From: Amoebidium appalachense
Taxonomy: Eukaryota; Protista; Ichthyosporea
NCBI GenBank assembly: GCA_963693365.1
Contig: CAVNZM010000007.1
Span: 9,607,962-9,671,961, forward strand
Length of the DNA stretch: 64,000 nucleotides
Direction of reading: 5' to 3'
The position numbers and the translations under genes are program-made. Numbering within the stretch: the stretch's first letter is position 1; the number at the start of each line of letters is the position of its first letter. The notes beneath the pieces are model-generated. The model was not told the origin of the DNA. It did not search any database and was given only the letters and a program-made list of their open reading frames with translations. This document shows positions 12,136-29,626 of this stretch, in pieces.

Positions 12136-14326
12136 GCGCATACATCCGATAGAATGCATGTACATGTGTGGAACCCAGCACTCTTAGCAGTTAGTGGAGT
12201 GGATGTGTATCATAGTAGGCCTAGGTCATACATCTATATTGGTGGTGTGCCGTAGTTAGGACCTCGTCGTAAGGCAGTATCGTGTGCAAGCCGAGGCAGA
12301 AGCATTGATTGGCTCAAACCATATCGATCACATAAGCAATGCACATGCACTGCGTTGAACGGTCGTAAGTCATGCACGTGCCAAAAATTATGGTTAAAAT
12401 GCAGCAGACATGTGGTACAGGCGCACTGGAGAATGCACCTGAGAGCAGCTGGTTACGATGGGTGCCCATGAAGTTTCAATATGGTGCAGGGTTCACGTAC
12501 GGCATCTCATGTGTGCACTGCACGGTGAGCCCGGGACAAGTAGAAACTCGAAAACACAGACTTTATATCGGTGTATTGTTGGAATGCCTCATCGAATTCC
12601 TGGTTACTCGGAGGAATAATTTGGCTGATAGTGCTTGGGGCTAGGCTCTCTTGGATTAATTCGCATAACATAGTACGTAAAATGATAATCAGTAGTTTAT
12701 TGAGGAAAAAAATTGGTACGTCCCTTTCCACTTTCACTTTTCTTATAGCTATAGCTTGTGTGGGAGGAGGAGGTGGTTGGTGGTGGTGGTGGCAGCGGTG
12801 TGTGTGTACATGTGTGTGTGTGCGTGGGGGGGGGGGGGGGGGAAGGGGGGAGAGGGGAGGGGGGCGGGGGGGAGGGAGGATGGGGTGGGGAGCCGGGGGC
12901 GCAAGCCCTGCCCCCCTGCCCTCCCCCTCCCCCCTCCCCTCCTCCTCCTCCTCCTCTCCTCCTCCCCTCCCCTCCTCCTCCTCCTCCTCTCCTCTCTGCC
13001 TCCCCTCCTCCTCCTCCTCCTCCCCCCCCCCCCCCCCCCCCCCCACGCCTTCCGAGCCCCTCCGTTTTCCTACTGCTGCCCCTCCACTGTTCAATTCTGG
13101 TTCCTCATCCCAAACTCACACCCCTGCGCACTGCATGTCATTAAAACACTCTAGTCATATCTTGAGATTCTCTTTCCCTCCCTCGGACCTTAAAACCCCT
13201 CCTTCCGCCCCATCACCACGCCCCTTCGTGCCCCCTTCAACCCTCCCTCCCCCTCCCCTCCCCCCGCCCCTCCCCCCACCCCTCCTACCCTCTCCCCTCC
13301 GGCTCCTACACGCTTACACCCACACACAAAAACAGTCATCATCCTCCCCCCCCCACCTTTTTTTTCCTCATCTCTTGCCCTGCGAATGTGCCATCTAGTC
13401 ATCTCGATTATGCAGCGGCCAGGCTTGCGGCAAAGAGTACTTCCAGATTCTATAAAATTTTGTGTGTCTTTCTCCTGGCGCAGGTAGGAAAGGCGAGGGT
13501 GGGGGGCACGGGGAGGGGGGGAGGGGGGGGGGGGGGAGGTGGCGAGTGGGGGAACAAGGGGGAGGTTGTGTTTTTGTACTCATATTTTGGGGTGTAGGGT
13601 TGGGGGAGAGGTGGGGAGGGTGCAAGGCAGGGCTTAGCGCTGTTGTAACCGTTGCTACTGTGAGCAATTATACATGAGGCATAGTAGGTACCAGCCGCAG
13701 GCAGTGGTCTGATCCTACGGATGGGTGATTTTATACATGGATGTTGTAAAACATTCCAACAAATTCAATATGGTAACCATGCAACATAAATTGCTTCCTG
13801 CAGGGGACTCAGAGTCTGATCTACCGTAGGGCCACAATTGCTTGGCTTTGGCTATGAGTTATTGAGGAGGGACAGTGGTGGTTACACAAAGCCAACCCCC
13901 CCCTCCCCCCTTCCCCCTAACCCACCCAACCCCGATGGAGGATGAGGGGCCGGGGGTGATAGGTGGGGTTTTTTTTTGGGGGGGGGGGGGGTGGGGGGGT
14001 TCGGGGGGGGGGGGGTTCCGGGGGGAGGGGGGGGGGGGGGCATCTGGCCATTAGGGAGGGTGGGTTTAGGGATGGGAAGAGGGGGGTTAGAAGGGGGGGG
14101 GGGGGGCAGGGGGGGGGGGGGGAAGAGAGAGAAAGGGCGGGAGGAGCCCTTGGGGGGGGGGGGGGGATATTCGGTAAAGTTGGAGACAACATCGGAAATT
14201 CAAAATGGGAGGGAGATTTTACTGCATCTCCCATCGTGCAGCATGTGCACGGCTTACCTTACCCGATCCATTTCTCTCGCCTCCCCCCCCCCCCCCTCCC
14301 CCTCCCCTCCCCCCCCCCCCCCCCCC

Positions 14327-14387
<61 letters not shown>

Positions 14388-14894
14388 CCCCCTCGTGCAC
14401 GATAGATCTTAACATCAACAACCACGACCGTATCCTGCAGGTGGGTTGACAGATTCTCAACTCTCGCCCCCCACCTCCCAATCCCCCCCTCCCCTCCCTG
14501 TTCCCGACAGGCAAGCATTTGTAAACTCTCCCTTCCCCGACCCACCTCAATCTGCACGCCGTAGTACTATTATTTCCCTCCCTTGCCTCTCCCCGCCTTC
14601 TCTTCCACCCCCCTCCTCCCCTCCCCCCCTCCCAACCCTCCTCTCTCTCCCTCCCCCCCCCCCCCCCTCCCCTCCGAGCCCCCCAGGGCAGCCCCCCCAC
14701 ATCCTCCTGGGACTTTGGGAGGTGTACCTCCCATGTAAGATTAATTAAAAGAATACATTACTATGCCATGCATTATCTGTTCGTGAATCCGTTGATCAGC
14801 GTCAATCGCATCCAATCAACATTCAAATTGATTCAATCAACATCCCGGAAACAATTTCTGGTGTGCGCGATTACTGACATCAACAGAAATTTCG

Positions 14895-14998
14895 AAATTT
14901 ACATATTTGGCAAGCTCGCAAGTTCTATACATGGAGGTAGTGCTAAAAATTTACATATTTGGCAAGCTCGCAAGTTCTATACATGGAGGTAGCGCTAA
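14895..14998. repeat. 52-bp tandem duplication
   Basis: AAATTTACATATTTGGCAAGCTCGCAAGTTCTATACATGGAGGTAG(T/C)GCTAA occurs at 14895 and 14947. Confidence 0.9.
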
Positions 14999-15445
14999 GT
15001 ATAGGCTAATCCAATCATAATGTCCGACGTCGATACAACGTAACACCGAAGTCAAAAATTCACACCACGAATTAACGATATCATATGAGTATGGCTTTCA
15101 CTCCTGCATCATTTGTAGGCGAGGAGAGGAGGGTTGGGGTTGGTTGTTGGGGAGAGGGGGGAGAGGGAGGAGGCGGGGGTGCGCAGGAAGGGGAGGGGGG
15201 GGATGGTTCAACACCTACAGCAGTTCAGTTTTAGTTTGACTTCTTTAAATCTGGCAATTTTTGCCATTGAGCAGAACACACAGTGCCTGCTGTGGAAGAA
15301 TAACTGAACCTGTACACTGTACACAGTGCATATGCTTTCATATCATCAAACATACAGGGTCAAACATATTCATATTCATGCATGTTATCTAATTTTTGCA
15401 CTAAAATCTCGCTGGCTTATGATACTAACAGCAACCCACAAACCT

Positions 15446-17918
15446 CTAAGCCGGGATATACTCGTCATATCCCATGTCATATCCAAAGTTAACATTGTTA
15501 GCCCTAACCCCGCTAATCACATTCACAATCGTCTTTCCATCCGCCACCGCATCATTATCAGCAACAGGCGCAAGCCCGCGGGGCAGACCCGAATTCACTA
15601 CTTGCACCACATATCTACCGGGGGGGATGGTAGGCACATCGTACATTCCATCTGTGTTGGTGCTAACAGTAGTGATCACTTGTCCGGTGGTTGCGCTGAG
15701 AACCCGAACCTGAATACCCTTCAGCCCCTCGCTTGGTGGGGTGTATGTGAGGTCTCCGTTATAGTCGCGGTAAACATATCCACGAATGGAGCATGATTGG
15801 TTGGGCTTGGGGGGCGCCGTTGTAGTAACTGGGGCTTGTGTCGTTGTGGGTGCCGGGGGCCGGATGGTGGTTGTAGGAAGGGGTACGGGGGGGCGGGTGG
15901 TGGGGTTGGGGCGTGTTTGCCGCACGTAGCCAAAATTCACCTCCACAGCATCTGGGTCCGCAACAGTCAGGGCCACACCCGTGCGGCTGTCGAGCTTGGT
16001 GTCGGGATCAACGGTCTGAACAAGAGCGGATGGGAGGGAGACCTTGCGCACAAGCACAAAGTAGCGACCTAGGGGCAGGTTAGGGAACTCGTAGCTGCCT
16101 GCAATGTCTGTGGTTGTGCTCTTCACGGGCCTACGTGTGTTGCTGGCAAGATAGAGCAGCACGGTCATACCGGGCAGACCCTCACCTTCACCCTCAAATC
16201 CGGCCACACCATTCCTGTCCCTGTCCTCGAACACAACACCGCTGATGCTCCCGATGGGGGCTGGGGGTGGTTGGGAGGTAGGGGTGCGTGTGGGGTAGAC
16301 GATGGTGGTGGTGGGCGGCCTCGGGATGATTGTGGTAGTAGGCTTGGGTGGTAGGGTGGTGGTGGGCTTGGGTGGTGGGGTGGTGGAGATAACTGCCGGG
16401 GCATAGCCAAAGTCCAGAGCCTCCACATCGAGCTGGGTGGGGTTCACATCTGCAGGGGTGCGGTTGTCCAACTGGCCATCCGGGTCCACTACTGCTTGCA
16501 TGAAGGCTGGGGGCCGAACCACCACCAAGTACTTGCCCAGGGGCAGATCGGTGAAGGCGTAAAACCCGGTGGCGTCTGTGATTGCGGCTGTCAGTGCTTT
16601 GTTTGTAGTGCGATCTACTAGTTGCACCGTCACCCCCTGCAGACCCTCACCCTCGTCGGGCTCTTTGTTGCTGTCGCGGTCGGCAAACACCGTCCCACTG
16701 ATACTGCCCAAACGTGTGGGGTCAGGCTTGGGTGTGGTGGGTTGAGGGTAGGCCGTGGTGGTGGTTGGGGAGGGCACAGGTGTGGTTGTGCGTGCTGGTG
16801 TCGTGGTAGTGGTGGTGGTGGTGGTGGTGGTGGTGGTGGTAGGGCGGGGCTTGGTGGTAGTGAAACCAAAGTCCAACTTCTCCGCGTCGGGTGTTGTGAG
16901 AGACACAGCAGCACGTGTACGGCCATCCAGAGTCACATCAGGCTCCACACTGCGGGTGTAGTCGGGGAATGGCAGGGCCACAGCCACCACATAGGCACCA
17001 TAGGGCACGCGCTCAAACCGGTAGCTACCGTCAGGCGCAGAAGCCACACGTGCCAAAACGTTACCATCGGCAGAGAGCAGCGTGACTGTAACGTTACCAA
17101 GGCCCTCGCCCATATTAGGAAGGCGGTTGCGATCAACATCATCAAAGATGGTGCCGGAAATGTTGCCCAGCCTGAGGGGGCCGGGGGTTGGGGTGGGTGT
17201 GGGGCCGTAGGTGGTGGTGGGGGCATCCTTGGGCAGGTAGCCAAAGTCCGCAAACTTGACCTCACCACGCTTGACTGTGACCTGTTTAGGGACTCATGGC
17301 CATTAGCACATGCTTATCCTCACACGGGAAAAGGGAATAAGGGGAGAGGGGGGAGGGGGGTGGATCGGATGGAGGGAGCACTTGTTTATCGCTCGCAGGA
17401 AAATGGAATAGGGGGAGAGGGGGGAAAGGGGGGAGGGGGGGGGGATGGAGGGAGGGAGGAGGGGAAGCAAGGAGGGGGAGGGGGGTGGGGGTGGGGGAAG
17501 AGGGGGGTGGGATCTGGGGCAGGGCAGGATGTGATAACCGAGGACTCATAAATAGCATAGAAGGAAGGATGGGGGGGGGAGGGGGGAGGGGGTCTAGGGA
17601 TTAGAGGGAGACCTACCGCAATCTGACCATCAGGGGAGCCATCAGACTCGTATCTGAGCTGGAGGGCTGATGGTACGGTGGTGGGGACTATCTTGACCAG
17701 GTAGCTGCCTGCAGGCACAATGAACGAGTAGCTGCCGTCAAGCCCGGTCGCGGTGTTTGCCAAAAGGCGCCCAGTGGAGTCGGTCAGCTGTACCGTCACA
17801 CGGCTAATGCCCTCCCCACTGCTCGGCCGGGCATCGGGTGTGCGACTGTCGTCATAGACCGTGCCCCGGATAACAACTGTACGGAAAAAGGGCAAAGTGG
17901 GGTAAGTTTTTGTGTTTT

Positions 17919-17949
<31 letters not shown>

Positions 17950-18134
17950 GGGAGAGGGGAGGGAGGGAGGGGGAGGGGAGGGGGGGGGGGGGGAGGGGGG
18001 GAGGGGGGATAAGGAAGTTACCTTAGTTGCAAGGAAGATTGAAAAAGGGTCGGAATGCGGGATCTGCAAACTAAAACTAATTATCTGGTAAAGGTCTGCT
18101 GTGGCAATGGCGATGGTGGTGGTGGTGGTTGGGG

Positions 18135-18179
<45 letters not shown>

Positions 18180-20256
18180 GCGGGGGAGGGGAGAAGAGGG
18201 GGAGGAAGTTTGCATACCCTGTGTGGAGATGTACTGGAAGTCCACATCATTCACAGTCTCACGGGGCAGCACCTGCACGGTAGTCTGGCCGTCCAACACT
18301 GCGTCAGGCTCGGCATTGGGCGTGAGGGTGCCTGGCACATTGGTAACCTTCACAACATACGTGCCTGCACACAGATCTTTGAACTGGTAGCGGCCGTTGG
18401 TGTCGATGGTGACGGTGGTGACAGTCTGCCCGGTGGCGTTGTTGACTAGTTGCACGGCATAGCCAGAGAGACCCTCACCAGGCGCAGCCATGCCATTGCG
18501 GTCCTTGTCGTCATAGCACGTGCCTGTGATGTTGCTGATGCACACGGGCACACACTTGCCCAGGTTGTTGACAACAAAACCCTCGTCGCAAACCACCGGC
18601 ACACACAGGGTGCCCGTCTTGTCCACCATCAGGCCCACTGCGCATGGCATGCAGCCGTTCCGGTTTTCGTTGGGGACACTGCCCGCGGTGCAGTTGCGGC
18701 ATCCAGCACCCGGGCCCGAGCTGTATTCGTAGTTGGCACACGGCCTGCACATCTGGCCGGCCACACTGCCGCTGCCTGGGGGGCAGTTTTCACAGCTGGT
18801 CTGCTTGGCGTTGGGCTGCTGGTTGGCCGTGCAGTTGAGGCAGCTGCGGCCGTTGGAATACATTTCGGCTGGGCATTGCACGCACAGGTTGCCGTTCTCG
18901 GAGTATGTGCCGGGAGGGCATGCCTCGCACGCCGACTGCTTCTCGTTGGGCATCTGGCCAGCCGTGCAGTTTGCACAGCCAGCCCCCGTGCCGAGAGAGT
19001 ATGTGCCCAGGGGGCAGGGCACACAGATGTCGCCATCTCCGCGGTAGAAGGTGCCGGCCGGGCAGGGCGTACACTTGGACTGGTCATCACTGGGCACCAT
19101 ATTGGCCGGGCACCTGTCGCATCGCACACCACCAACCGCATACGTCATGGGGGGGCACCGGCCACACATGCCACCATTGTTGGGGTTAATCCAACCAGGT
19201 GGGCAGGCTTCGCAGGCAGACTGGTCGGATTTGGGCTGCTGTCCCGCCGTGCAGTTTGTGCAGGCACCACCGTTTGCATACTGCCACGGTGCGCAGGGCT
19301 GGCAAAGGGCCCCAACCTCGGGTGTTGACATGCCCGTGGGGCAGCGCTCGCACTTGTCGTGGGTTTTAGGATTCGGCTGTGTGTACATGGTGCAGTTGAC
19401 GCAGCTGCGGCCGTTGGTGATCTGGTTGATGAGGCAGGGCGCACACTCCTGTTTGGCTGCCGGGTCGGAGAACGTACCTGGAGGGCAGGGTGTGCACACA
19501 GTGTTGTCGCCATTGCTCCACTGCCCGGCCGGGCATGGGGTGCAACTGGCGCCACCAGGTGCCATAATGGTGCCTGGGGCACATGGCTGGCATACGGTGC
19601 CGCCCATGGCAGGCACAAGGCCTGGTGGGCAGCGCAAGCACCTTTGACCGTCCGTGTTGTACATGCCTGCCATGCACGGCTGGCATGCGAGAACGGCCTT
19701 ATTGAAATACTGCCCCGGGGTGCACGGGGGCACGGGCTGACACCCAACGGCGTTGTTGGCCCAGTAAAGAAGGTCCGGGCATGATGGGGGTGGTGGTGGT
19801 GGTGGGGGTGGGGGTGGGGGTGGGGGTGGTGGTGGTGGTGGTGGTGGTGGTGGTGGTGGTGGTGGTGGTGGTGGTGGCGGGGGTGGCGGCGGAGGTGAAT
19901 GCTTTTTGAAGAAAACTGTGGGAAATGCATATCGTGAGTGTGTTCCGTTCGGCATACAGTAGTAGGCACTTTGGATATCTTTTACGTAAATCAGACATTA
20001 GCACACTACTAGTAGTCTCCCACTCCTTACTACTGCCCAAAAGAGCAACCCCGTCCAGATAGCTATGGTATGGCGAGGCTAGAAGCTGCCTATCGTATGA
20101 TGCCCTAGCAGACAGTTTCAGCTGCAGTGTGTGTGTGTTACATAGCTGGAAACAGGCTTGTCACTTACATGCGTCAGCCGCTGGGGTGAATGTGGCCAGG
20201 GCGGTCAGCACCGCAAAGGCCAAAACACTGCGGGGCAAGCCCTTGCGGGGGGCCAT
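15446..20256 (-). CDS. Large secreted protein: signal peptide, poly-Pro, tandem Cys-rich (GCC2/GCC3, ephrin-receptor-like) repeats and six SdrD-B/Cna-B-like domains with Pro/Thr mucin-like linkers
   Basis: Four phase-compatible exons: 20256-20169 (MAPRKGLPRSVLAFAVLTALATFTPAADA, signal-peptide-like), 19915-18218, 17876-17617, 17281-15446. Many CxPCPxGxxS/CxNCTAGQxP repeats, then six copies of a (S/N)I(S/T/R)GxVxxDxDxNG...GEGLxGxxVxL...TDxxGxYxFxxLPxGxYxV...DPDxxLD...DFGY pattern (the second copy is more degenerate). Confidence 0.85.
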
Positions 20257-21252
20257 TCTGGTGGTTGTTTCGAAATGAAGTATGAACCCAAAATAAGTAT
20301 GCTGACACTAGAGCGCAAATATGCGCACGAGGTAAGAGCACGCAAGTGTTGGCGTGCTGGTGCTGTCGTATGCCCTGACACACCGTAAGTTTGCGTGTTT
20401 GCTTGTTTGAATGACTGGCATCAGTGGAGGGCAGCTCAGTTTATATAGCCCTTGTTGAAGTTCTTGGAATGTGCCTAGCTGATCATCCATTGGGGCAGAA
20501 GATGCAACCAATCGGATTTCACCGACAGCGTCGATGGCGCACCTCGCACAGCGCACCTGGCCTCTCTCCCAACAGTTCTCTGGTGGCTTACAACCTATCT
20601 ACTCTAAAAAGAAAGAAAAATAGGTCTATTATACTTTTCCATAACTTAAAGGCCATTCTCGTGGGGCCCTCTGTCACAGCACAATATGTACACCTAAAAC
20701 TCTTACTCTATGCTGCAGCGTCCATTCCAGTCGAGTAAATGGGCTGTCTTAGCCAATGAAACACGAAGACCAATCGTTATTGACACAGACACAATAATGG
20801 GATTGGCGGGCTAGCTATTCAGGAATGTTGCTCCGTCTGCAAGACTTGCAAGTGCAACACTTCGCCAACTCAGTATGAGTTAGAGTATGTATCATCCATG
20901 CGCCAGAGGAGCATGGATGCCTAAGGTGTGTGTAAAGAATATAAATTCTACTCTCTCAGTCACAACAACAGAGCATATCCACAATCAAGTAGTCCTAATC
21001 CCCCGGTGCGCAGCTTATTCATTCAGAATAGTTTTATACCTCAGGAATGCTGGCTGTCGATCCCCTGCCGCCCTGCGATCGTGCTCTGAGTCCGACAGCC
21101 TGCACTGCCGCAGGCTGATGCGGGGCAGTGCTTCCACCGTATACCGCAAAAAATAGACCGTGTAAACCAGCTAATATAAGGTCCAGTACTTGCACAGCCT
21201 TGCACGGCAGTTTTAGAGTAGGCACAGCTATCCGTCAACCACGAAACAAAAC

Positions 21253-24258
<3,006 letters not shown>

Positions 24259-24364
24259 ATTAGTGTGCGATCGGAACATGTCACAGTGAAAGTCTTGATG
24301 GCCTAGCATACTCACGGGGGGGGGGGGGGGGGGGAGGGAGGGGGGGGGGGGGGGGGGGGGGGGG

Positions 24365-24396
<32 letters not shown>

Positions 24397-24871
24397 AGGC
24401 TCACTGTTGGGCACACACACCGACATTCTCACACATCGTGTACATGTCCTAATGTACCACAGCTACACGCGTGCATCACACACACACACACACTCACATG
24501 CGGCCAGCTCTCTTCGTGGTTGCATATCTCACAAAGGCATGCTACACTTACTGGATAGCACGAAGCTATAGCTCATGGCCATTTCGTCACACACACACAT
24601 GCGTATGCGGCAATAGCACTGGCTCGTTTTCACCACACCGAGTACACAAATTACAGCATGGGCATTCTTATCGTAGCCACTGAGTCCCCAACCAACCAGG
24701 TTCTGAATGTCTACATACGTAGGTTTGCAGAGGCTAAGTGTTAAAACAATGTATATATACATGAACATAATCTACCACGAAGATGCCGTGTGGCATGTAC
24801 TAAAATGGATTCCTGTGTGGATTTTACCATGGTTGAACTTTTCAACCGCCCAAGCACATTCTGTCATTTCC

Positions 24872-24931
<60 letters not shown>

Positions 24932-25041
24932 ACACAATAACCACCACCACCACCACCATCCCACCATACTGTGATTGTCCCCCCTTCCTCCTCCCCCCAT
25001 CCTCCCCCCCCCCCCCCCCCCCCCCAACACACACATACACA

Positions 25042-25145
<104 letters not shown>

Positions 25146-25759
25146 CCACCACCACCACAGAGTCTCTCCATCTCTGCCACACTTTCAGGTTAGCGATCTG
25201 CAATCTGCATGACGTCGCCTGCCCTGATTTTGTACTTTGCACTTTCACATCTTAGACTAGGATAAAGTGGAAACTTGGGCTCTGCGCATGACTTGCACCC
25301 CATCTCTTTGAGAATGGGACCTTGTTACTTGTCGCTCACTTTTGTGCACTTTTTGTGCATATCGACATCAGGCTACATCTGTGTTGTGTTTATCGATTAG
25401 TACTTGCCACATTCCACAAAATCTGAGCCCCCCCTCCCCCTCCCCCCTCCCCCCTCTCCCCTTTTTTTCATACCTTCACCCTCCCTGCTTATGATTTTCA
25501 ATACCAATCAATGCCACACGACAAGCTTGCAAGAAAACATGGAGCCTCGTGCAGACGATGCCTCGATCGAGCTCGTGCACACATACTACCCATACAGTCA
25601 GTCCGTAGTATTAAACATCCGGTGTCGGCCATGCACCCACCCAGTCACATATTTCGCGAAATCCGATTTTTTGGCCCACACTTCTTGATTTGCACGGGCA
25701 ATCGTGACACTGTGTGTCGTGTGTTCGTTTTTCTTCTTCTTCTTCTTCTTCTTCTTCTT

Positions 25760-26250
<491 letters not shown>

Positions 26251-26813
26251 CTCCTTTTTCTTCTTTGTGTGAGTCACGGTGCATGTGTGTGTGTGTGTGT
26301 GTGGCTGTGTAACCGTGTGTGCGTGTGTAATTGTGTGTTTGTGTGTGCGCCTGTGTGCGTGTGCGTGGGTGTGTGGGTGGGTAGGCGCGTATGTGCACGC
26401 GCACGCACGCGCCTGTGTGTGCGTAACTGTGTGTGTGTGTGTGTGTGTTCGTGTGCAAGTGTGTTTTATTTTAAGTGCGTGCGTCTTGGCAGTGTGTACG
26501 TCCCACGTTAACACGGCCACAAACTTGTGTGTACGTATACACGCTCACGCGCGCGCGCGTGTGTCGCATGTGTGAATGTGTGTGCGGGCGCGTAGATGTA
26601 ATACGTGTGTGTCGTGCTGTGTATTTCCAGTGCATGAGTGAGGGCTTGCGTGGATGTAGGGCGTGCATGGGTAGAGGCATCAGTTGGTAGTCGGGCATTG
26701 GGTAGGCAGGTGTGGGTAGTAGATGCAGTGGATGGCTGTGCCTGCGTCCGTGCATGCGTGCATGCGTGCGTTACACGTGTTACAGTGCGCGCGTGCGCAC
26801 GTGCGTGCGTGCA

Positions 26814-26869
<56 letters not shown>

Positions 26870-27239
26870 TTCGTGACATGTGCACCTGTGCGTGCACGTG
26901 GATGCAGCATGCCTATTAGTCAAATGTTATTGTTTAGCTAGGGGCGGGCGGAACTATTAATCTGTCTAATGTGGGTGGGTTATACTTACCTGCATGCGCA
27001 CTCGTGTCCAAGCCTCCCTTCACACATGAACGCATTACAGCTCGGTGTGGGGCAGAGCGTGGGAGGCATCCGGAATGACTAAGAGAGTAGCCTGTGACTG
27101 CTTTAGTGGCACCCAGTCGGATTTCACTTCGTGCCCGTAAAAATATTGTAATGTGCTAGCGAGCTGTGCCATTGGCGCCTTTCAGCAACAAAATATAGGG
27201 GACATAGTAGCAATTACATAGTTGACCCAAAGTCCAAGT

Positions 27240-27565
27240 GACCAATCAAAAGGCAAACAAACAGCAAATTCCAGGGCGCCAATCGGGATTGTTCCCGAGT
27301 TCATATCGACAATCCCGAGTCTTATGGAATGTTCGAGATTGAGGGTCGGGATAGAGGTTATACCCAGTTATTCATGATTAAAACTCATAGTTGTGCAGTA
27401 AAAAATCATTTCAAATGCTTCTACAACTTAACTTTCCCTCCCTTTTTAAGGCTGTTATTCGTTTTTTTTCTGGAGGTTGAGAAATAAAGAAAGCTAACGA
27501 AGGTGATTGGCTCATTTGGCTGACCGGTTTGATTGGTCAGCAGCTGTGGAGCAAAATTATATAAA
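27240..27565 (+). promoter_or_regulatory. Hsp70 promoter: TATA box, CCAAT boxes and a heat-shock-element-like site
   Basis: TATATAAA at 27558-27565; ATTGG near 27506 and 27532; CCAAT near 27242 and 27279; gGAAt-gTTCg-aGAtt at 27326-27340 (two perfect and one imperfect nGAAn units). Confidence 0.55.
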
Positions 27566-27703
27566 GCGCTCTGCTCATCCTGCCTCCCTCCCTTCCAAAC
27601 TTACAGACATTCGCACACACCACTGCGACTGACAACGCAAATCCACGCAACGATAACGCTACTACTCACAAGTAGCAGTCAAAACTAGAGACAAGACTAC
27701 AAC

Positions 27704-29626
27704 ATGGCACCAACAAAGAGCAGCGGGCCGGCTATCGGCATTGACCTGGGCACGACCTACTCCTGTGTGGGCGTTTACCAGCACGGCAAGGTGGAGATCA
27801 TCGCCAACGACCAGGGCAACCGCACGACACCCTCCTATATGGCCTTCACCGACACAGAGCGCCTGGTGGGCGAAGCGGCCAAGAACCAAGTGGCCATGAA
27901 CCCCCACAACACCGTTTTTGACGCTAAGCGGCTTATTGGGCGGCGCTTCAACGACCCCGAGGTGCAGGGCGACATGAAGCACTTTCCCTTCAAGGTCATT
28001 GACAAGGACGGCAAACCCGCGGTGGAGGTCGAGTTCATGCACGAGCAAAAGACATTCCTGCCGGAGGAGATCAGCGCTATGGTGCTTTCCAAGATGAAGG
28101 AGACGGCCGAAGCATACCTGGGCCAGCCCTTAACCAGTGCCGTCATCACCGTGCCCGCATACTTCAACGATGCCCAGCGGCAGAGCACAAAGGATGCAGG
28201 CGCCATTGCCGGTCTCAACGTGCTGCGCATCATCAACGAGCCCACAGCAGCAGCCATTGCCTACGGGCTGGACAAGAAGGACAAGAAGGAGCGCAACATC
28301 CTCATCTTCGACCTGGGTGGTGGCACATTTGACGTCAGCATTCTCTCCCTTGACGACGGTGTGTTTGAGGTTAAGGCAACCGCCGGGGACACACATCTGG
28401 GCGGTGAGGACTTTGACAACCGCCTTGTGGACCATTTTGTGGCCGAGTTCAGCCGCAAGCACAAGAAGGACCTCAAGACAAATGCCCGTTCCCTGCGGCG
28501 GCTGCGTACTGCCTGTGAGCGGGCCAAGCGCACCCTCTCGTCATCTGCACAGGCCACCATCGAGGTGGACTCTCTCATGGACGGCATTGACTTATACACC
28601 TCCATCACCCGCGCACGGTTCGAGGAGCTGTGTGCAGATCTGTTCCGGTCCACCCTCGAGCCCGTGGAGAAGGCCATGCGGGACTCCAAATTCGACAAGG
28701 GGTCCATCGACGAGGTGGTTCTTGTGGGTGGGTCGACCCGCATCCCCAAGATCCAAAAGCTACTGAGTGACTACTTCAACGGCAGAGAGCTCAACCGGTC
28801 CATCAACCCAGATGAGGCTGTGGCCTACGGTGCCGCGGTGCAGGCCGCCATCCTAACAGGCGACACGTCCGGCGACGCCTCCGACCTTCTTCTGCTCGAT
28901 GTGGCTCCATTGTCGCTGGGCATTGAGACGGCCGGAGGGGTGATGACACCACTTATCAAGCGCAACACCACCGTGCCCACCAAGCAGACACAGACCTTCA
29001 CCACGTACACAGACAACCAGCCCGCAGTGACCATCAAGGTCTACGAGGGTGAACGGGCCATGACCAAAGACAACAACCTGCTAGGCAAGTTCGACCTCAC
29101 AGACATCCCCCCTGCCCCCCGCGGTGTGCCGCAGATTGAGGTGACATTTGACGTTGACGCCAATGGAATTCTTAAGGTGACGGCTTGCGACAAGTCTACA
29201 GGGCGCAGCAACACCATAACGGTTAAGAACGACAAGGAGAGACTCACACAGGCCGACATTGAGCGCATGGTGGCGGAGGCTGAAAAGTTCAAGCGGCAGG
29301 ATGACGAGCAGAGGGAGACGGTGGCTGCTAAAAATAGCCTTGAGGCATATGCCTTGCAGGTTAAGGCCACGTGCGAAGATGACAAGGTTAAGGGCAAGAT
29401 CGACGAATCAGAATGCAGCGCTCTGCTAGGCAAGGCAAAGGAGACACTTGATTGGCTAGAGCACAACCAGACGGCCAGCAAGGACGAGTACGAGCACATG
29501 CTCAGTGAGCTGCAGGGTGTGGCCTCACCGCTGATTGCCAAGATGCACCAATCAAATGGCCCGATGCCTAATGACTTCAAAACCGGCGCCAGCCACCAGG
29601 GCCCGACTGTTGAGGAGGTCGACTAA
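27704..29626 (+). CDS. HSP70: Cytosolic heat shock protein 70, intronless (probably the inducible type)
   Basis: 640-aa ORF with the Hsp70 signatures [22 protein letters not shown] and [15 protein letters not shown], and the cytosolic C-terminus GPTVEEVD. Confidence 0.98.
   Translation: MAPTKSSGPAIGIDLGTTYSCVGVYQHGKVEIIANDQGNRTTPSYMAFTDTERLVGEAAKNQVAMNPHNTVFDAKRLIGRRFNDPEVQGDMKHFPFKVIDKDGKPAVEVEFMHEQKTFLPEEISAMVLSKMKETAEAYLGQPLTSAVITVPAYFNDAQRQSTKDAGAIAGLNVLRIINEPTAAAIAYGLDKKDKKERNILIFDLGGGTFDVSILSLDDGVFEVKATAGDTHLGGEDFDNRLVDHFVAEFSRKHKKDLKTNARSLRRLRTACERAKRTLSSSAQATIEVDSLMDGIDLYTSITRARFEELCADLFRSTLEPVEKAMRDSKFDKGSIDEVVLVGGSTRIPKIQKLLSDYFNGRELNRSINPDEAVAYGAAVQAAILTGDTSGDASDLLLLDVAPLSLGIETAGGVMTPLIKRNTTVPTKQTQTFTTYTDNQPAVTIKVYEGERAMTKDNNLLGKFDLTDIPPAPRGVPQIEVTFDVDANGILKVTACDKSTGRSNTITVKNDKERLTQADIERMVAEAEKFKRQDDEQRETVAAKNSLEAYALQVKATCEDDKVKGKIDESECSALLGKAKETLDWLEHNQTASKDEYEHMLSELQGVASPLIAKMHQSNGPMPNDFKTGASHQGPTVEEVD

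Noticed and set aside
11300-14700. Possible gene or ncRNA between the bHLH-PAS and adhesin genes
   Set aside because: No convincing exon chain, tRNA fold or recognisable RNA family was found by eye.
14895-14998. Direct repeats as a possible CRISPR array (also 49879-49967 and 7571-7660)
   Set aside because: Only 2-3 adjacent copies, no unique spacers, no cas genes, eukaryotic context.
27662-29580. Antisense ORFs over Hsp70, rihA and the adhesin gene
   Set aside because: Shadow ORFs from codon bias of the sense genes.
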